In this document: positions 45,746-58,375 of the stretch, one piece after another
Layout: the number at the start of each line of letters is the position of its first letter
Numbering within the stretch: position 1 is the first letter of the stretch
From: Flectonema sp. DT1601
Taxonomy: Eukaryota
NCBI GenBank assembly: GCA_964019425.1
Contig: OZ025804.1
Span: 372,001 to 436,000, forward strand
Length of the DNA stretch: 64,000 nucleotides
Direction: 5' to 3'
Program-made: the position numbers and the translations under genes
Notes under the pieces: model-generated
What the model was told of the DNA's origin: nothing
Databases searched by the model: none
What the model saw: the letters and a program-made list of their open reading frames with translations, nothing else

Positions 45746-47145
45746 ACACTGTTGGGGGGTAACTTGATACTAATATTAAATGGAAAGCAACTTGAAACTG
45801 GCAAAAACGAGAATAGGGTTCGGCCAAACCTGGGGGGTTAACTGTTCGATTTTGTATGTAAAATTCTAGATAACAGTTGACTAAAGGTAATGTTAGTGTA
45901 GGCATACGCTCTGCAATTAAAGTTGAAAGAGGCCTTTGTAGTAGTACTTCCATCACACACTGTTGGGTAAAACTTGAATGAAAAAACATTTGGAGACATA
46001 AGAAGGGAACCACGTACCATCAAACATGCGTATCACAACTGCTACTCTTTTGTTTTTACTGAAAGTGGGTTAAATAAATGTTTTGAATAAAACCAATAAA
46101 AAACCAAAAAGATTCCTTCTTTTTTTTTTTTTTTTTTTTTTTCGAATCGAGTACCCGAAGACGGACAGTACCGTACTTCCTTAACGGAAAGCAAGTGTAA
46201 AGAAAACGTGTAACAAAAACCAAAAAAAAAAAAAAAAAAAAAGTGTAGGACCTAACAATAAGTAACTAAATAATCATTTTGCTAGACTCTTAAGGGTTAA
46301 AGACAACAGGAGACTTTCCACTCATTTTTTTTTTTTTGATATAATGATGTCATCTACTACACGGTACGCAAACAGTCAACTGAGCTCATCAACTTTGGGA
46401 GATTCACATCTCTCAAGTTCTCAAAGGGATATATTCCATCAGAAATACTCCGTTGGACTATTTAGTTTGATCTGCTGTCATGTTTGACTTATTAAGAACC
46501 AGGGTGTATTCAGGTGTTTGCTGTTGTTTTTTTTGGTTTTTTAAATGCCGAGGAAGAAAAAACACTCTTGTTTGACGAGAGACATAAATAAGAGTCCTAG
46601 TCATGAGGGTTGATCGCGAGAGGCCGCCAGAAATGAGATTCTGAATAAGAGCATTATGGAGGCAGGTGAGGAGTTCTCTCGACATCCGTTGTGTGGCAAC
46701 AAAGTAGTATAAACCATACCGTATGGTGAAGCAACCCGAGTGGGTCTACGACGTCACATAAAAATGATAATACAGAACGACTTCCGGGTGGAGGATTCCC
46801 TCCTGCTGCCGCCTTGTCGGTATTTATCTTTACTTTCTTAGCGGTTCCCATAGTTGAAATAATCTTATCGAAGTCTCCAACACTCAACCTTCAACCTGTT
46901 GTGGATGAAAAAGTATTATCGTCAAAGAATAGTATCAAAAGATAACCAACAGCGCTATCGACATAAGAATCTGTTTAGTGAGAAGCTAACGTAATAATTA
47001 TGTTATTTAATAAAAGTATTTTGATATCTTCTAATAGAAGAGATCACTTACTGACTTAACTCAAACAGGTGTGTGAGATTCCTTTGAAAGACTTTGGTAG
47101 CTGTCGCTTTGTTGTATTTACTGACAAGTAGTTCGACAGATTGAC

Positions 47146-48777
47146 TCACGTTACCTTACCATCGGGATATACTTTAAGAAAGTATTCGTTGTAGAATCTA
47201 TGTTGGGCATCAGTCAATCGATCCCACCTGCTGTAGTAGCAGCGTAATATCTTTTTGATAGTTCGAAGGTTTCGTTTTTTCTCGGCGAGGGATGTTTCAG
47301 CTTTGGGAGGCTGAGGGATTGGAGAAAAGACGGAATCACAATGATCAAACCATTTCCGTTGCTCATCAGACAGACAGTCGTAGTTCTCACGAAATTCCTT
47401 TAAAGTTGCTGCAACGTCTTCGGTTGCTACTTCAAACAAAGGAACTGTTTCTTGAGGATCCATCTCTTCATTTTCCTCTTCAGACATTTCCACTTCAATC
47501 ACTTCCTCAACAGTCGGTAGCGGTAGTGGTGGAGGTAAACCCAAATCACTTAATTCAGTGTCACTCTCAGTCGAGTAATCACTGTGATGCTCTACGATAT
47601 CCTCATCATTTACTTCTTCCATAATAATATCATCGTGTGGTTGATGTGAATGTTGATCATCACTTTCATAATATTGTTCTGACTGGTGAGAGTGTTGGTT
47701 CTCAAGAAGTTCTGAATGAGGTTCTGGTTCCTGTTGTAAGAAGTGCTCCTGTTCACCATCATATTGTTGTTGGTAAGAATCACCTGCATGTTGGTGGTGC
47801 TCAGCATGCTGTTCGTAGTGTTCACTAACATGTTGATGTTCATGGTGGTGATGGTGGTGCTCAGCATGCTGCTCGTAGTGTTCACTAACATGCTGATGCT
47901 CATGGTGGTGGTGGTGGTGCTCATGATGCTGCTGGTAGTGCGCACCGTCCTGTTGTTCGTAGTGCTCACCACGCTGCTCCTCATGTACATGCTGGTGGTG
48001 TTCATCATGCTGCTCACCAGGTTGGTGTTCCGCACTATATTGGTGTTCAGCACTATATTGGTGTTCAGCACTATATTGGTGTTCAGCACTATATTGGTGC
48101 TCAGCACTAAGTTGATGTTCAGCACTAAGTTGATGTTCAGCACTAAGTTGGTGCTCAGCATTAGGTTGGTGTTCAGCACCAGGTTGGTGCTCATCATGTT
48201 GACTCTCATACTGCTGCTGATGGTGGTGGTGGTGATGATGAGCTGCAGTCTCTAAGGTAGGTTGACCCATCTGATACTGGTGATGATGATGATGGTGGTG
48301 ATGATGGTGCCAGTGCATTGCCTGCATCATTTGATAATGATGAAAGTGGTGATGCATCATCATCTGTTGTTGTTGCTGTTGTTGTTGTTGCTGCTGCTCA
48401 TCACCACCAAATATAATAGGGAACCACTTATTGTAATACAGTCGCTGTTCGTTTGTTATTTCTTCCCAATTCTTGTGATAGTCCCGCAGCGTTGTTTTTA
48501 ACTTTTCTTTTTCTTCTTCTGTCATGTTGCCTTCTTCTAGTGTTTCGTCATTTCCATTTAAGAATGAATTTAGCTTAACATGTGCTTCCTCGAGTCTTTT
48601 TAACATCTTTTTAGATAGCTTGTCATCACACAGATCTCCATCTTCAGAGATGTCTGCTGCGTACACTCCAAGACTGGTACGGACCTGTTCATCTCCAGCA
48701 ACAGCTGATCGACGCTGTTTTCGGTTTAGACCTGCTGCGTACAGGAAGCCACCCTGCACGAAGGCGGGTGTTGCCAT
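47146..48777 (-). CDS. His/Gln/Glu-rich repeat protein
   Basis: 543-aa ORF with poly-Q, poly-H and tandem AEHQ(P/L/Y)(S/N/G) hexapeptides, flanked by three copies of a helical motif. Confidence 0.85.
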   Translation of the reverse strand: MATPAFVQGGFLYAAGLNRKQRRSAVAGDEQVRTSLGVYAADISEDGDLCDDKLSKKMLKRLEEAHVKLNSFLNGNDETLEEGNMTEEEKEKLKTTLRDYHKNWEEITNEQRLYYNKWFPIIFGGDEQQQQQQQQQQQMMMHHHFHHYQMMQAMHWHHHHHHHHHHQYQMGQPTLETAAHHHHHHHQQQYESQHDEHQPGAEHQPNAEHQLSAEHQLSAEHQLSAEHQYSAEHQYSAEHQYSAEHQYSAEHQPGEQHDEHHQHVHEEQRGEHYEQQDGAHYQQHHEHHHHHHEHQHVSEHYEQHAEHHHHHHEHQHVSEHYEQHAEHHQHAGDSYQQQYDGEQEHFLQQEPEPHSELLENQHSHQSEQYYESDDQHSHQPHDDIIMEEVNDEDIVEHHSDYSTESDTELSDLGLPPPLPLPTVEEVIEVEMSEEENEEMDPQETVPLFEVATEDVAATLKEFRENYDCLSDEQRKWFDHCDSVFSPIPQPPKAETSLAEKKRNLRTIKKILRCYYSRWDRLTDAQHRFYNEYFLKVYPDGKVT

Positions 48778-49120
48778 ATTATTATACTGTTAGTTGATTA
48801 AAATAGTAAGAGAGTAGGCCTACAACTACCAACTGTTACAGTTTTGCGTGTCCTACTTTGGATTCATCTTGCTGTGTGGCTATTTATACAAAACAAAAAC
48901 AATAACACCGAAAGTTAAAAAGACCCTTATATCTGAGGAACGACAGACACGATGCTAGGTTCAATAATCGACCAAAGAAAGTTAACAACTTGTATTTTTG
49001 TGTCCTCTTCTTTTTTTTTTCATTATATTTTTTTTTTTTTTAAATTCTTCAGTGTATTCTACATGGTTAGAGTTATATTAAATCAGCGTCGGGGTAAAAA
49101 ACAAAGCCGTTTTCTCTCCT

Positions 49121-49158
<38 letters not shown>

Positions 49159-49281
49159 AAAAAAAAAAAAGAAAAGAAAAAATATGAAACAAAAGTGATC
49201 AAAGACGGATCACTGGCTGGTTAGCATTCTCATCAAGAGAAAACAGCAGTCAAGCAGGTCTCAGATTGTGGTAAGGTCTGT

Positions 49282-49965
49282 TTATGTAATAATATCTCCA
49301 AAGGGAGGCTTGACGCAATCATTTATGGACGGAATCGAAATGTTTTTTTTTACATTTGCTTGAAGCCACTTCAGCAATCTGAGATATTGCTGCAACTGTG
49401 GAACAGGATCAAGGTTACAGTATTTAAGAATGGCGCTGTTGATAGTGGAAGCAGTTGCTAGACGATGAGAGTCATCGAGATCTGAGTCTTGAGCATCAGC
49501 AGGAAGAACTGTTAGTAGCAAAGAACGTTCTAACTCTTCAACACTTTCTGGTGAGAGTGATTCAATAGTTGAGATTTCATCACGAGCAAAGTCGAGAGCA
49601 GCTTCACAATCACCTCTCCGAATAACTTCAATCAGCTGTTGTTTTTTAAGAACAAAATCTAAATAAGTATCTTCAGCTACTCCGGGATACGCTTCACCAA
49701 GTCTCCTTCTTGCGTCTTCCATCTCTCCACTTTGGATGGCTTTTCTAACGTTAACTCTTTCACCCATTGGCTCACTTGACTTAGATTTGATACCTGCTTC
49801 TTTCTTCATGTGTTCTGCGGCTTCTTCAAACCCTTCGACTTGTAGATAATTTAAAACAAGTTGATCCATACTCTCCTTATCAATTCCAACATCTTGCATC
49901 TTACGAAGGTAGTCTGATATGTGAACCTTGTGAGTCACTTGTCTAAGTTTATCATCGCTGTACAT
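49282..49965 (-). CDS. GID8: GID/CTLH E3 ligase subunit GID8/TWA1-like
   Basis: LisH (MDQLVLNYLQVEGFEEAAE), CTLH (RVNVRKAIQSG..LKKQQLIEVIR) and CRA (ALDFAR..HRLATASTINSAIL). Confidence 0.85.
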   Translation of the reverse strand: MYSDDKLRQVTHKVHISDYLRKMQDVGIDKESMDQLVLNYLQVEGFEEAAEHMKKEAGIKSKSSEPMGERVNVRKAIQSGEMEDARRRLGEAYPGVAEDTYLDFVLKKQQLIEVIRRGDCEAALDFARDEISTIESLSPESVEELERSLLLTVLPADAQDSDLDDSHRLATASTINSAILKYCNLDPVPQLQQYLRLLKWLQANVKKNISIPSINDCVKPPFGDIIT

Positions 49966-50518
49966 CGTTGGTGTGTATGTGAATTTTATATATTTTCTTT
50001 AAAAAAATAAATAAATAAGAACTTATGGAAAAATTGAATTATTTTAACACAGCTCACACTAGGCAGAATTAGCTATAAGTAGAATATAGATCAACACCTC
50101 CGATATTTTTTTTTTTTCGTTTTTTTTTTTTTTTTAAATTCAAAAGTTGCTCTATAGTATATGAGCGTTATAGATTAACTAGTAGCAACAGAGGACCCAA
50201 TCCGTAGCCGTTTCCGAAGACTCAGTGTTGATCGTTGAATTAGTAAGGTGGCTCTTTGATTAGCAGCTTGTGATAATAAAAACGTGAATTTCGGAGGTAA
50301 GTACCAAAATATGAGTTTTTCATTCTTTGCTTTAAAAAAAAATAATCAAAAAACAAAAAAAAAAAAAGTGTTTTATGTTTTCTTTGTTCTTTTTTTTTTT
50401 AGTAACAACAATTAGATTGTAATTCCCACGCATTATTTTAGATTTCCTTTACAATGAAACGCCTACGCTACTGCATTTCTATCACAAAAAATATTTCGTA
50501 CAAAAGTTTTTGGAAATC

Positions 50519-50683
50519 TTTTTTTTTTTTTTTTTTGCTGAAGTCAGTGAAGTCAAAACTTCTGAAGAAGCTCACGAGATAACATTAATTCGATAACACA
50601 ACAGTGAGACTCTCACAGGCGACAAGAGACGTTAGTCAACCAGAAGCAAGTGACGACTCAGACCCACCGCATAAAGCAGGCAG
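50519..50683 (-). mobile_element. Diverged full-length copy of the SINE-like element, with poly(A) tail
   Basis: Colinear with 1348-1518 (TGAAG..GAAG.CAAAA..AAGCTCAC..GTGAGACTCTCA..AGACGT..ACCCACCG..GCAG) and preceded by a T run on +. No target-site duplication seen. Confidence 0.7.
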
Positions 50684-53600
50684 TGTAAGAGACGGCTGAT
50701 AACGCCAATTTTATCGCCAAGGGAGGGAGAACACAGCATAATTTTATTACGAAAGGAAGAGGAAAGTTAGCCTTCTGTTGAAAGCAAGCTGAGGTTTTCC
50801 CAAAAAAAATAAAGTATCTGTTTTTTTTTTTTTTTTTTTTTTTTCCAAAACCACATGATAATCGTTGTCAAAGAATCGCTTGTTTTTGTCGCACATAAAA
50901 CTATAAAAAAAAGAATTTACGATATGCGACCCCAACCTAATACATTTTACGAATATACGTGCGAGAGTTGTATTTAAAAAAGAAAAAAGAAGGGGGCGGG
51001 AAATTCGGAGAAGCGGCTTTGATCGGAGAGTGCGACCAAAGCGAAAAAATGAAACAAAGGACAAAAAAAAAAAAAAAAAAGGAAAGCTCCTTCCAAAGGC
51101 AATACAGCTTTCGACCGATGAGAAAGGCAAAAGCGGAGCGGTATTAATAATTATTTTATATTATTTTCTCTTTTGCGTAAACAACAAACAGAAAGATTCG
51201 TCCATATGGCTACAAAAAAGAAAACCTCAAACAATAATTGCATACTCTCTTTAACTGATCCATAGACTGATACCACGAGATACGTTACAAAGTCTAAAGT
51301 AGGAAACCTCACAGAGACAGAGAACATACGAGCCATCCAAGATTTAAAAAAAACACAATTGGGCCTTTAATCTCGTTCAATAATTTCTATGAGGTGACTT
51401 ACATAGGGTTTGGCACTGCCAGTCAGAAATCAGAAAACCCCTTTACGAACACACAAAAAAATAAAATAAACGGATTTTACTTTTATTGTAGTCGCTCTAT
51501 AATTTGTTTTATTAAAAATCCGAAAGGGGACTATTTGGTCAGAGATAAAAAGAAAAACAGTAACACAACCGCTAAGAATTACCTTGTAGAGAGTAGCGAG
51601 AACTTAGGGAAGCTCCTACAACGTTGCGATTAACAGAAAAGACTGGAACAAGAAAAATAAAAAGAATTTGGCTTTTTTTTAACTCAAACCATACAAAAGA
51701 TAATAATATAACACTTGTTGATGTTTTGCTTGTGTCACGAAACTGTGAACCGACTTAAACTGATAAAAGTAAAAGGAGGTTTACGTGTGCTGTCTAACAT
51801 CGCGCTCTGATCAACAGAAGACCGGAACAAGAAAATAAAAAGAATTTGGCTTTTAACTCAAACCATGCAGAAAATAGTAATATAACACTTGTTGATGTTT
51901 TGTTTGTTAACAGTTCTTTTTTCGCTCTTATACAATACTTGTTGTTAAATGGCAAAAAAAGAAAAAAAGAAAAAAAGAAAAAAAGAAAAAAAGAAAAAAA
52001 GAAAAAAAAAGAAGAAAAAAACAGACGAGAATTCGAAGCAGAAAAAAAAAAAAGAAAAAAAAGGCTAGAACAGAAGAAAGAGAAAAACGTTCTCTGAAAA
52101 TATGCGGGAGCTGTCAAAAGCTTTATTATTTTTTTTCGGAAAAGACGCAATCAATATAAATAAAAATAAAAATTAGCCTTATATTAGGTTGTTAGAATAT
52201 GACTTGGTGAGAGCATCGATTCGTCTTTATTCACCGCATAGAAAAGGGTTGGTGAAAAAAAAGGAGGGGGAAAAATGATAATTACAATGAGATCCGTACA
52301 AGTTTTTATAAAAAATAAAAATTAAAAAAAAGGAGAATCTGCTTCACTTTATAAACAATTTTACTCAACTCTTTCCTTGTCTTGATTGTACGCAACTAGT
52401 ATAAAATCGTAACAAAGGAACAGGCTTAAGTTACGCGTCAAAACATAGGTTTTGCAGATACAAAAAAAAAAAAAAAAAATTAAATTTAAAAAAAATAGTT
52501 TTTTTCTTTTCAAGAATCACTCTCCCCATCTCACTGAATATCAGCTCTCATCGTATTCCAAGTCAAAACGTAAGAAGAAACAATAGCGTTCATACAAAAA
52601 AAGTAACACAAAAAAAAGAACCACACGCGATATCACTGTTTTAGTGAGAGGGAAATTGGTATGAGTCGTTCATATGTGAGAACACAAATGTTTTCGTAAA
52701 ATGGTTGTCGCAAAAAAAAATATTATTTTATTTTGTTTTTTCAAAATTTAAAAAAAAAAAAAAAGAATCGGCAAACTTCACTTTTTAGTTTTTTACTCAC
52801 ATTTTTTGTTTTGTTTGCGCGCAACTGATACAAAATCCTAATACAGGAAAAGGTCAATTACGCTGCCACGATTCTCTTTTTACCGAACAATGGGTTTGTA
52901 CGTACAAAGAAAAATAATTTTAAAAAATAAAAAAAAACTCAAAAACCCATTCAGAATAAAGCCTTACAGAAATAAATATCTGAATTGTAAGGGGGGTTAA
53001 CTGTTTGATTTTATACGTAAAATACAAATGTATTGTATCATAAACAACATAACAATAATTTAGCATTAGTTTTAGATACAGTTGACCAAACTTAGCCTTT
53101 TGAAGTAACTATTAGGTTTCGAATATAAATCTCTTGTATTGTATCAGAACTCAATAATAAGATTAAAAAACTCATGACACAAGTGACTAAAATGTTAATA
53201 CAGGCTAACACTCCGCAAATGACGTACTTGCTCTACATTATAATAAATGTTTCTAACTTAGCTGCATACATGTTGTCATTCAGTGCAGTACGGAATCGAG
53301 TTATTCAATTACGAATTAATAGTGAGCCCTGGGAAACCAAAACCAGGGTATAATGTAATACGGCAGAGTGTAGGTTCCGAGAGTAGTCCATATAGGGGAA
53401 TACATAAATAAACTTGAACATAATAAATAAACGGCTCTTAATCTGAACAGCTCAGATAGTAGTATCATTAATTTTAGAACAGAAAAGTGAGAATAAGAAA
53501 AGTAGAGATTAATAAAAGAAAAGTATTCATTTCTGCAGTTTCCTAACATCAAAGGGTAATAGAATATGTAGTTTCAGGAGCCTTAATCTTATACTACTCG

Positions 53601-53876
53601 TCCCTTTTTAGGCCTTCATCAGTAAGTTCTAAGGGACTTCATTCTATGTTGAAGTTGCTATCGTTTGCGGGTTGAACAGCTCAGATAGATAGCTAGCTTT
53701 TTCTCACTTTGTCGATGCAAAGAAAAAAAAATAAAATAAAATAAAATTCGCTCAACTATGTACAGGAAATAGTAATATAACACTTGTTGATGTTTTGTTT
53801 GTATCACGAAACTGTGAACCGACTTAAACTGATAAAAGTAAAAGGAAGTTTACGTGTGCTGCCAACATGCAAAAAT

Positions 53877-53911
<35 letters not shown>

Positions 53912-54543
53912 AAAAACTTAAAACGTGCGCAGAGAGTTCATCAAGAAAAATTTTAAAAAAAAAATTAAAAATGACAAAAAAAAAAAAAAAAAAAAAAAAG
54001 AGAATGCGGCTTCATTCGCTCTCAAGTATCAGTTGGCGAAAAAAATAACCGGGAAAAAAAAAAGAAATTAGAAATATCAGTAAAAAATATTTTTTCCGAT
54101 CAAATTTTGATCGACGAGAGACATTTCAATACGCTACATCGTTCAGGTCATTTCAGCTGCAGTACTAAAACTGAAAATTAATCAAAAGGGTCAATTGTGA
54201 TACTGCTGACCCAGGGGATCCAGAGAAAAGAAAATCGAGCAAAAAAAATATATATTAAAGAGTACTAATGCGATGTGCCAGTGAGGCGGGATATTACAAC
54301 CAGTCCTTTTTGGAAATGGTGTGTTTTTTTTTTTTTTTTTTTGAATCGATAAATTGATCGCAAAAAAAATAATTAACTGATAATATATTTTTTTTTGATT
54401 GAATGAATGACCAAAGAACTAAATGTGATTATAAAAACCTTGATGAACAAAAAAATAAAAAACATAAGAAAACACCGATAACACGCAGAGAATAAACAAT
54501 AAAGTTTCTCCAACTAGCGAAGTTAATTGATTGAAATTTATAC

Positions 54544-55266
54544 CTAAGAATCTCCTGCTCTGTTCGCATGAACATCATCATCGCCAACAGAGAAAGGAAG
54601 CAACCACAGAAGCTTGTTATTACCCATGAAAACTGATATATTTCTGGTCAGAGAACCAGTGTCGTAGTCGGCTTCTGGGAGATATTTCCTTTCATGTGAT
54701 GTTTGATTTTTTAACAGTGTTTCAAAAGTCACAGTCGCAGTATCAACTGTGAATACAAAAAACACAACACTCGCGAATGACAATAACATGATACCAACAC
54801 CAATAAGTAATCGAGAAATCGTTAAGGCTTCTCTTACGTACACGATTGACGGATTTAAATACAACCACACAGAATAGAAATAATGAGGTATGAATATTAA
54901 AGTATATAACTGAAGCAGTGCATACAATCTGAAATTAGCTGATCCCACACATGTTCCTAACATAGCACAATGGTGATCAAATATTTTCACACAGCTATCA
55001 CATTGTCTACAGTGATGACTTCTGTCAGGTCTTTGAATAGAACATTTCTTACATCTGTCTGTTCCTTTATCACTTTCAGTTACAACACCTGATCCAGTAG
55101 TCATAGTTTTAACCAAACAAATCATTATTAAGATATATTGAACTAACATCAACAATCGATGAATCCATTTATTATCACAATTCTCGTGTAATATGATTAT
55201 TGATACCCCAGTTGCTGTTGTGTACAATGCGCATAGTGCCAGGGGGTAGGTGTATGAATGAGTCAT
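54544..55266 (-). CDS. DHHC palmitoyl acyltransferase
   Basis: CKKC...RPDRSHHCRQCDSCV..FDHHC..LGTCVG..N, four TM segments and NQTSHE. Start codon uncertain. Confidence 0.92.
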   Translation of the reverse strand: MTHSYTYPLALCALYTTATGVSIIILHENCDNKWIHRLLMLVQYILIMICLVKTMTTGSGVVTESDKGTDRCKKCSIQRPDRSHHCRQCDSCVKIFDHHCAMLGTCVGSANFRLYALLQLYTLIFIPHYFYSVWLYLNPSIVYVREALTISRLLIGVGIMLLSFASVVFFVFTVDTATVTFETLLKNQTSHERKYLPEADYDTGSLTRNISVFMGNNKLLWLLPFSVGDDDVHANRAGDS

Positions 55267-56623
55267 CCTGTCGGATATGAAATAGAAATAAAAAACAAGA
55301 GGCATCCTAACATTTGCCAAGTTTATTTTGGTGGAGGCCACGTGAACGTAGTTGAGCACTTTCTTGCCTACGCGCCTATCGCCATAACAGTGAAAAACAG
55401 CTGTAAAATTAAAATAAATGTGCAAAAAAATAAAAACAAACGTTAACAGTGGACGAACCCTACGTAAGGTTTTCCTAGACTATTCGAGTCTTCAGCAGTC
55501 TACTCGGTGTCTGCCTGGAGACCATCCAAATTGGTTCGCTCTAAATTAGCGACCTAAACGATCTATCCCATCGTAGCGATTAATCACTGAAAACTTATAA
55601 ACAACTACCAACGAGGGGGAAAGGGTTAAAGTGTGCTTTTACCTGTACAGCCACGGCTCTAAGTCTCCGTGGTTGAGCCCCCCGCGGCCCTCCCTATATA
55701 GTGCACTATGCTTGTCTTTTTTGCTGGTGAAATTTAGGGTGGGGCGTACGAGTCATCTCTTAAAGAAAAATACATCAAAGAAAGAATATGCACACAGCTG
55801 CTGTCAGTAGATGCAGTACCGCAAACAGCACTAGAAACTCCCAACATTGCGGCCAGTGCAGTAAGTCTGAGTAACTTCATGATTAGCAGGTGGCAATAAA
55901 CTGTGAAAAAAATATTTTAACAATCCGAGTGACTACAAACTGATGGTTCCTTAGAATTACGACAACAGGAATGTTTCATCTAAATTATTTATTGTTTCCG
56001 TTTTAAGAATCGAAACATAAAATCAAATGATCCGTCGTATGAACATCTTAAATGAAGGGAAGTGGAAATAGACCTACACCCTTAGAGTATATATCCTTTT
56101 AAAGACGTTAGTACTGACGACATTTCAAACACGCAAAGGACCAGCTGCTTTTGTCTTCAGTGCCAAGTGCAGAGAGAGACTCAAACAAGATCCATCGGTT
56201 GAAATCAGTAAGTAACTGTCGCTAGCTAGAAACACAAAAAAAAGAAAATTGGATTTATCTTAAGTAATACTTTGTTGGTGCACGAAACTGTGAACCGACT
56301 AAAAGGAAAAGAAGGTTTACGTGTGCTGCCAACATTCTTTTTCTTGTTTACAATACGTGTCAAACACAAAACAAAAAAAGAGAGGGAAAAAGAGAGGGAA
56401 ATAGAGAGGAAATTCGAAATAAAAAATCGCATATATGGACGAAAAGATTATTTTGCAAAATCTTTTACACTATGGTGACAAAGTTACAGTAAAGACCATC
56501 AACATTACTAACAGCATGTGCTGCAATTGATTTTTTCTTTGCTGTCGACTTTGAAATACACAAAAAGAAGTAATAAAAAGAAACACCTTTTTATTTAAAT
56601 AATAAGTTGAACAAAATAATAAA

Positions 56624-58375
56624 CTAAACCTGATCAGGACTGCTGGCAACGTTATCCATAGCGTTACCTTCATCAGCCGATTCCTTGCCCTTGCAACAGA
56701 AACAGTAGACAACCAAAATAACGATAACTGCAAACGCCAAAGAACCGATAACGATTCCAGCAATAGCTCCACCAGATAAACCATCATCGTTGACAGTCAC
56801 TACTACTGGGTCCGTGGTCGCTGCAGTCCCTGGAGTAACAGGAGTTGTTGCAGCTGGAGTAGGGGTGGGATCCGCGAAATCAACAGTTCCCGATCCTCTG
56901 GTGGTGTGAATGTTCACAGGAAATTCAATCTCTGACGAGTGGAATGCGTAGTTGACAGCCACGTTCGCCCTAAGCAACAAAGCGTTGAATCTCAAAATAC
57001 GAAGACCGTTGGCTACTTCAGTCGTAGGGGCAGAAAACGGGGTATTAGCTGGATCGCTCGTGATACCCGCTGCTGAGTTGGAAGTGATGTGGTAAATACC
57101 AGCAGCACTTGCACTGTTCGTTGCCAAGGAAAAGGCAGGCGACATGCTTCCCGGGGTCGTAGGGAATCCAACAGCAAACCAACCGTTGACGTTCGTATTA
57201 GTCGCAGCAACCGCAGCTGATCCGCTCGTTGCCATGTTCCAGTGAATAAAAACTCCATTCCCCAAAGACTTCATGCATTGATAATTAGTTGTACCCGTTT
57301 GAACGAGAGTCGATGCCATGCAATTCGATGCAGGGGTTACAGGAGGGGTAGGAGCAGGGACAGGAGCAGGGGTGGGATTCACGAAATCAACAGTTCCCGA
57401 TCCTCTGGTGGTGTGAATGTTCACAGGAAATTCAATCTCTGACGAGTGGAATGCGTAGTTGACAGCCACGTTTGCCCTAAGCAACAAAGCGTTGAATCTC
57501 AAAATACGAAGACCGTTGGCCACTTCAGTCGTAGGGGCAGTAAACGGGGTATTAGCTGGATTGCTCGTGATACCCGCCGCTGAGTTGGAAGTGATGTGGT
57601 AAATACCCGCAGAACTAACACTGTTCGTTGCCAAGGAAAAGGCAGGCGACATGCTTCCCGGGGTCGTAGGGAACCCAACAGCAAACCAACCGTTGACGTT
57701 CGTACTAGTCGCAGCAACCGCAGCTGATCCACTCGTCACTATGTTCCAGTGAATAAAAACCCCATTCCCCAAAGACTTCATGCATTGATAATTAGTGGTA
57801 CCCGTTTGAACGAGAGTCGATGCCATGCAATTCGATGTAGGGGCAACTCCATCAGCCAAGTCGATAGTTTGGGCAGCCCTTCCGGAACCTCCGTGATTAG
57901 ATAAAGTTCCAGTACCACCAAAAGCGAAGATAGTCAACAAGTTGCCCGTGCTGACACCAGTCCTTCGGAACTTCAGAGTGATGCGATTGTTAGACGACGT
58001 AATCGCTGTTTGCGTAATGGTCCCTGGGATGGTTGCTTCAGTAGCGAGGATGTTGCCTCCGTTGGTGTTTGCCGGCGTGTACATCTTCACGGCGTTGAGA
58101 TCAGCGGTTCCTCCCATCAAAATGGTGGAACCAATCATCCTGTTGCCTGTAGGACTAGTTGGGTTCCACCCAACAGCAGCATATCCATTAGCACCAGTCT
58201 GTGGAGCATCAACCATCATTTCGTAGTAGTTCCCAGCCGTATCAGTCTTCCAGTGAACGTTGATACCAGCACCTGTAATCATGCACACGTAGTTGCTGTC
58301 AGTAGATGCAGTACCGCAAACAGCACTAGAAACTCCCAACATTGCGGCCAGTGCAGTAAGTCTGAGTAACTTCAT
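56624..58375 (-). CDS. Type I membrane protein with three DOMON-like domains, copy 1
   Basis: Signal peptide, (V/I)HW...G(Y/W)(A/F)AVG(W/F)...M repeats, Pro/Thr linkers and TM GAIAGIVIGSLAFAVIVILVVYCFCC. Confidence 0.85.
   Translation of the reverse strand: MKLLRLTALAAMLGVSSAVCGTASTDSNYVCMITGAGINVHWKTDTAGNYYEMMVDAPQTGANGYAAVGWNPTSPTGNRMIGSTILMGGTADLNAVKMYTPANTNGGNILATEATIPGTITQTAITSSNNRITLKFRRTGVSTGNLLTIFAFGGTGTLSNHGGSGRAAQTIDLADGVAPTSNCMASTLVQTGTTNYQCMKSLGNGVFIHWNIVTSGSAAVAATSTNVNGWFAVGFPTTPGSMSPAFSLATNSVSSAGIYHITSNSAAGITSNPANTPFTAPTTEVANGLRILRFNALLLRANVAVNYAFHSSEIEFPVNIHTTRGSGTVDFVNPTPAPVPAPTPPVTPASNCMASTLVQTGTTNYQCMKSLGNGVFIHWNMATSGSAAVAATNTNVNGWFAVGFPTTPGSMSPAFSLATNSASAAGIYHITSNSAAGITSDPANTPFSAPTTEVANGLRILRFNALLLRANVAVNYAFHSSEIEFPVNIHTTRGSGTVDFADPTPTPAATTPVTPGTAATTDPVVVTVNDDGLSGGAIAGIVIGSLAFAVIVILVVYCFCCKGKESADEGNAMDNVASSPDQV

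Noticed and set aside
46340..46970. Possible multi-exon gene from short ORFs 46458..46887
   Set aside because: No consistent canonical splice model could be built.
50700..54400. Lys- or Phe-rich ORFs in 25.5-27 kb, 33.3-34.7 kb and 50.7-54.4 kb
   Set aside because: Translation artefacts of poly-A/poly-T tracts.
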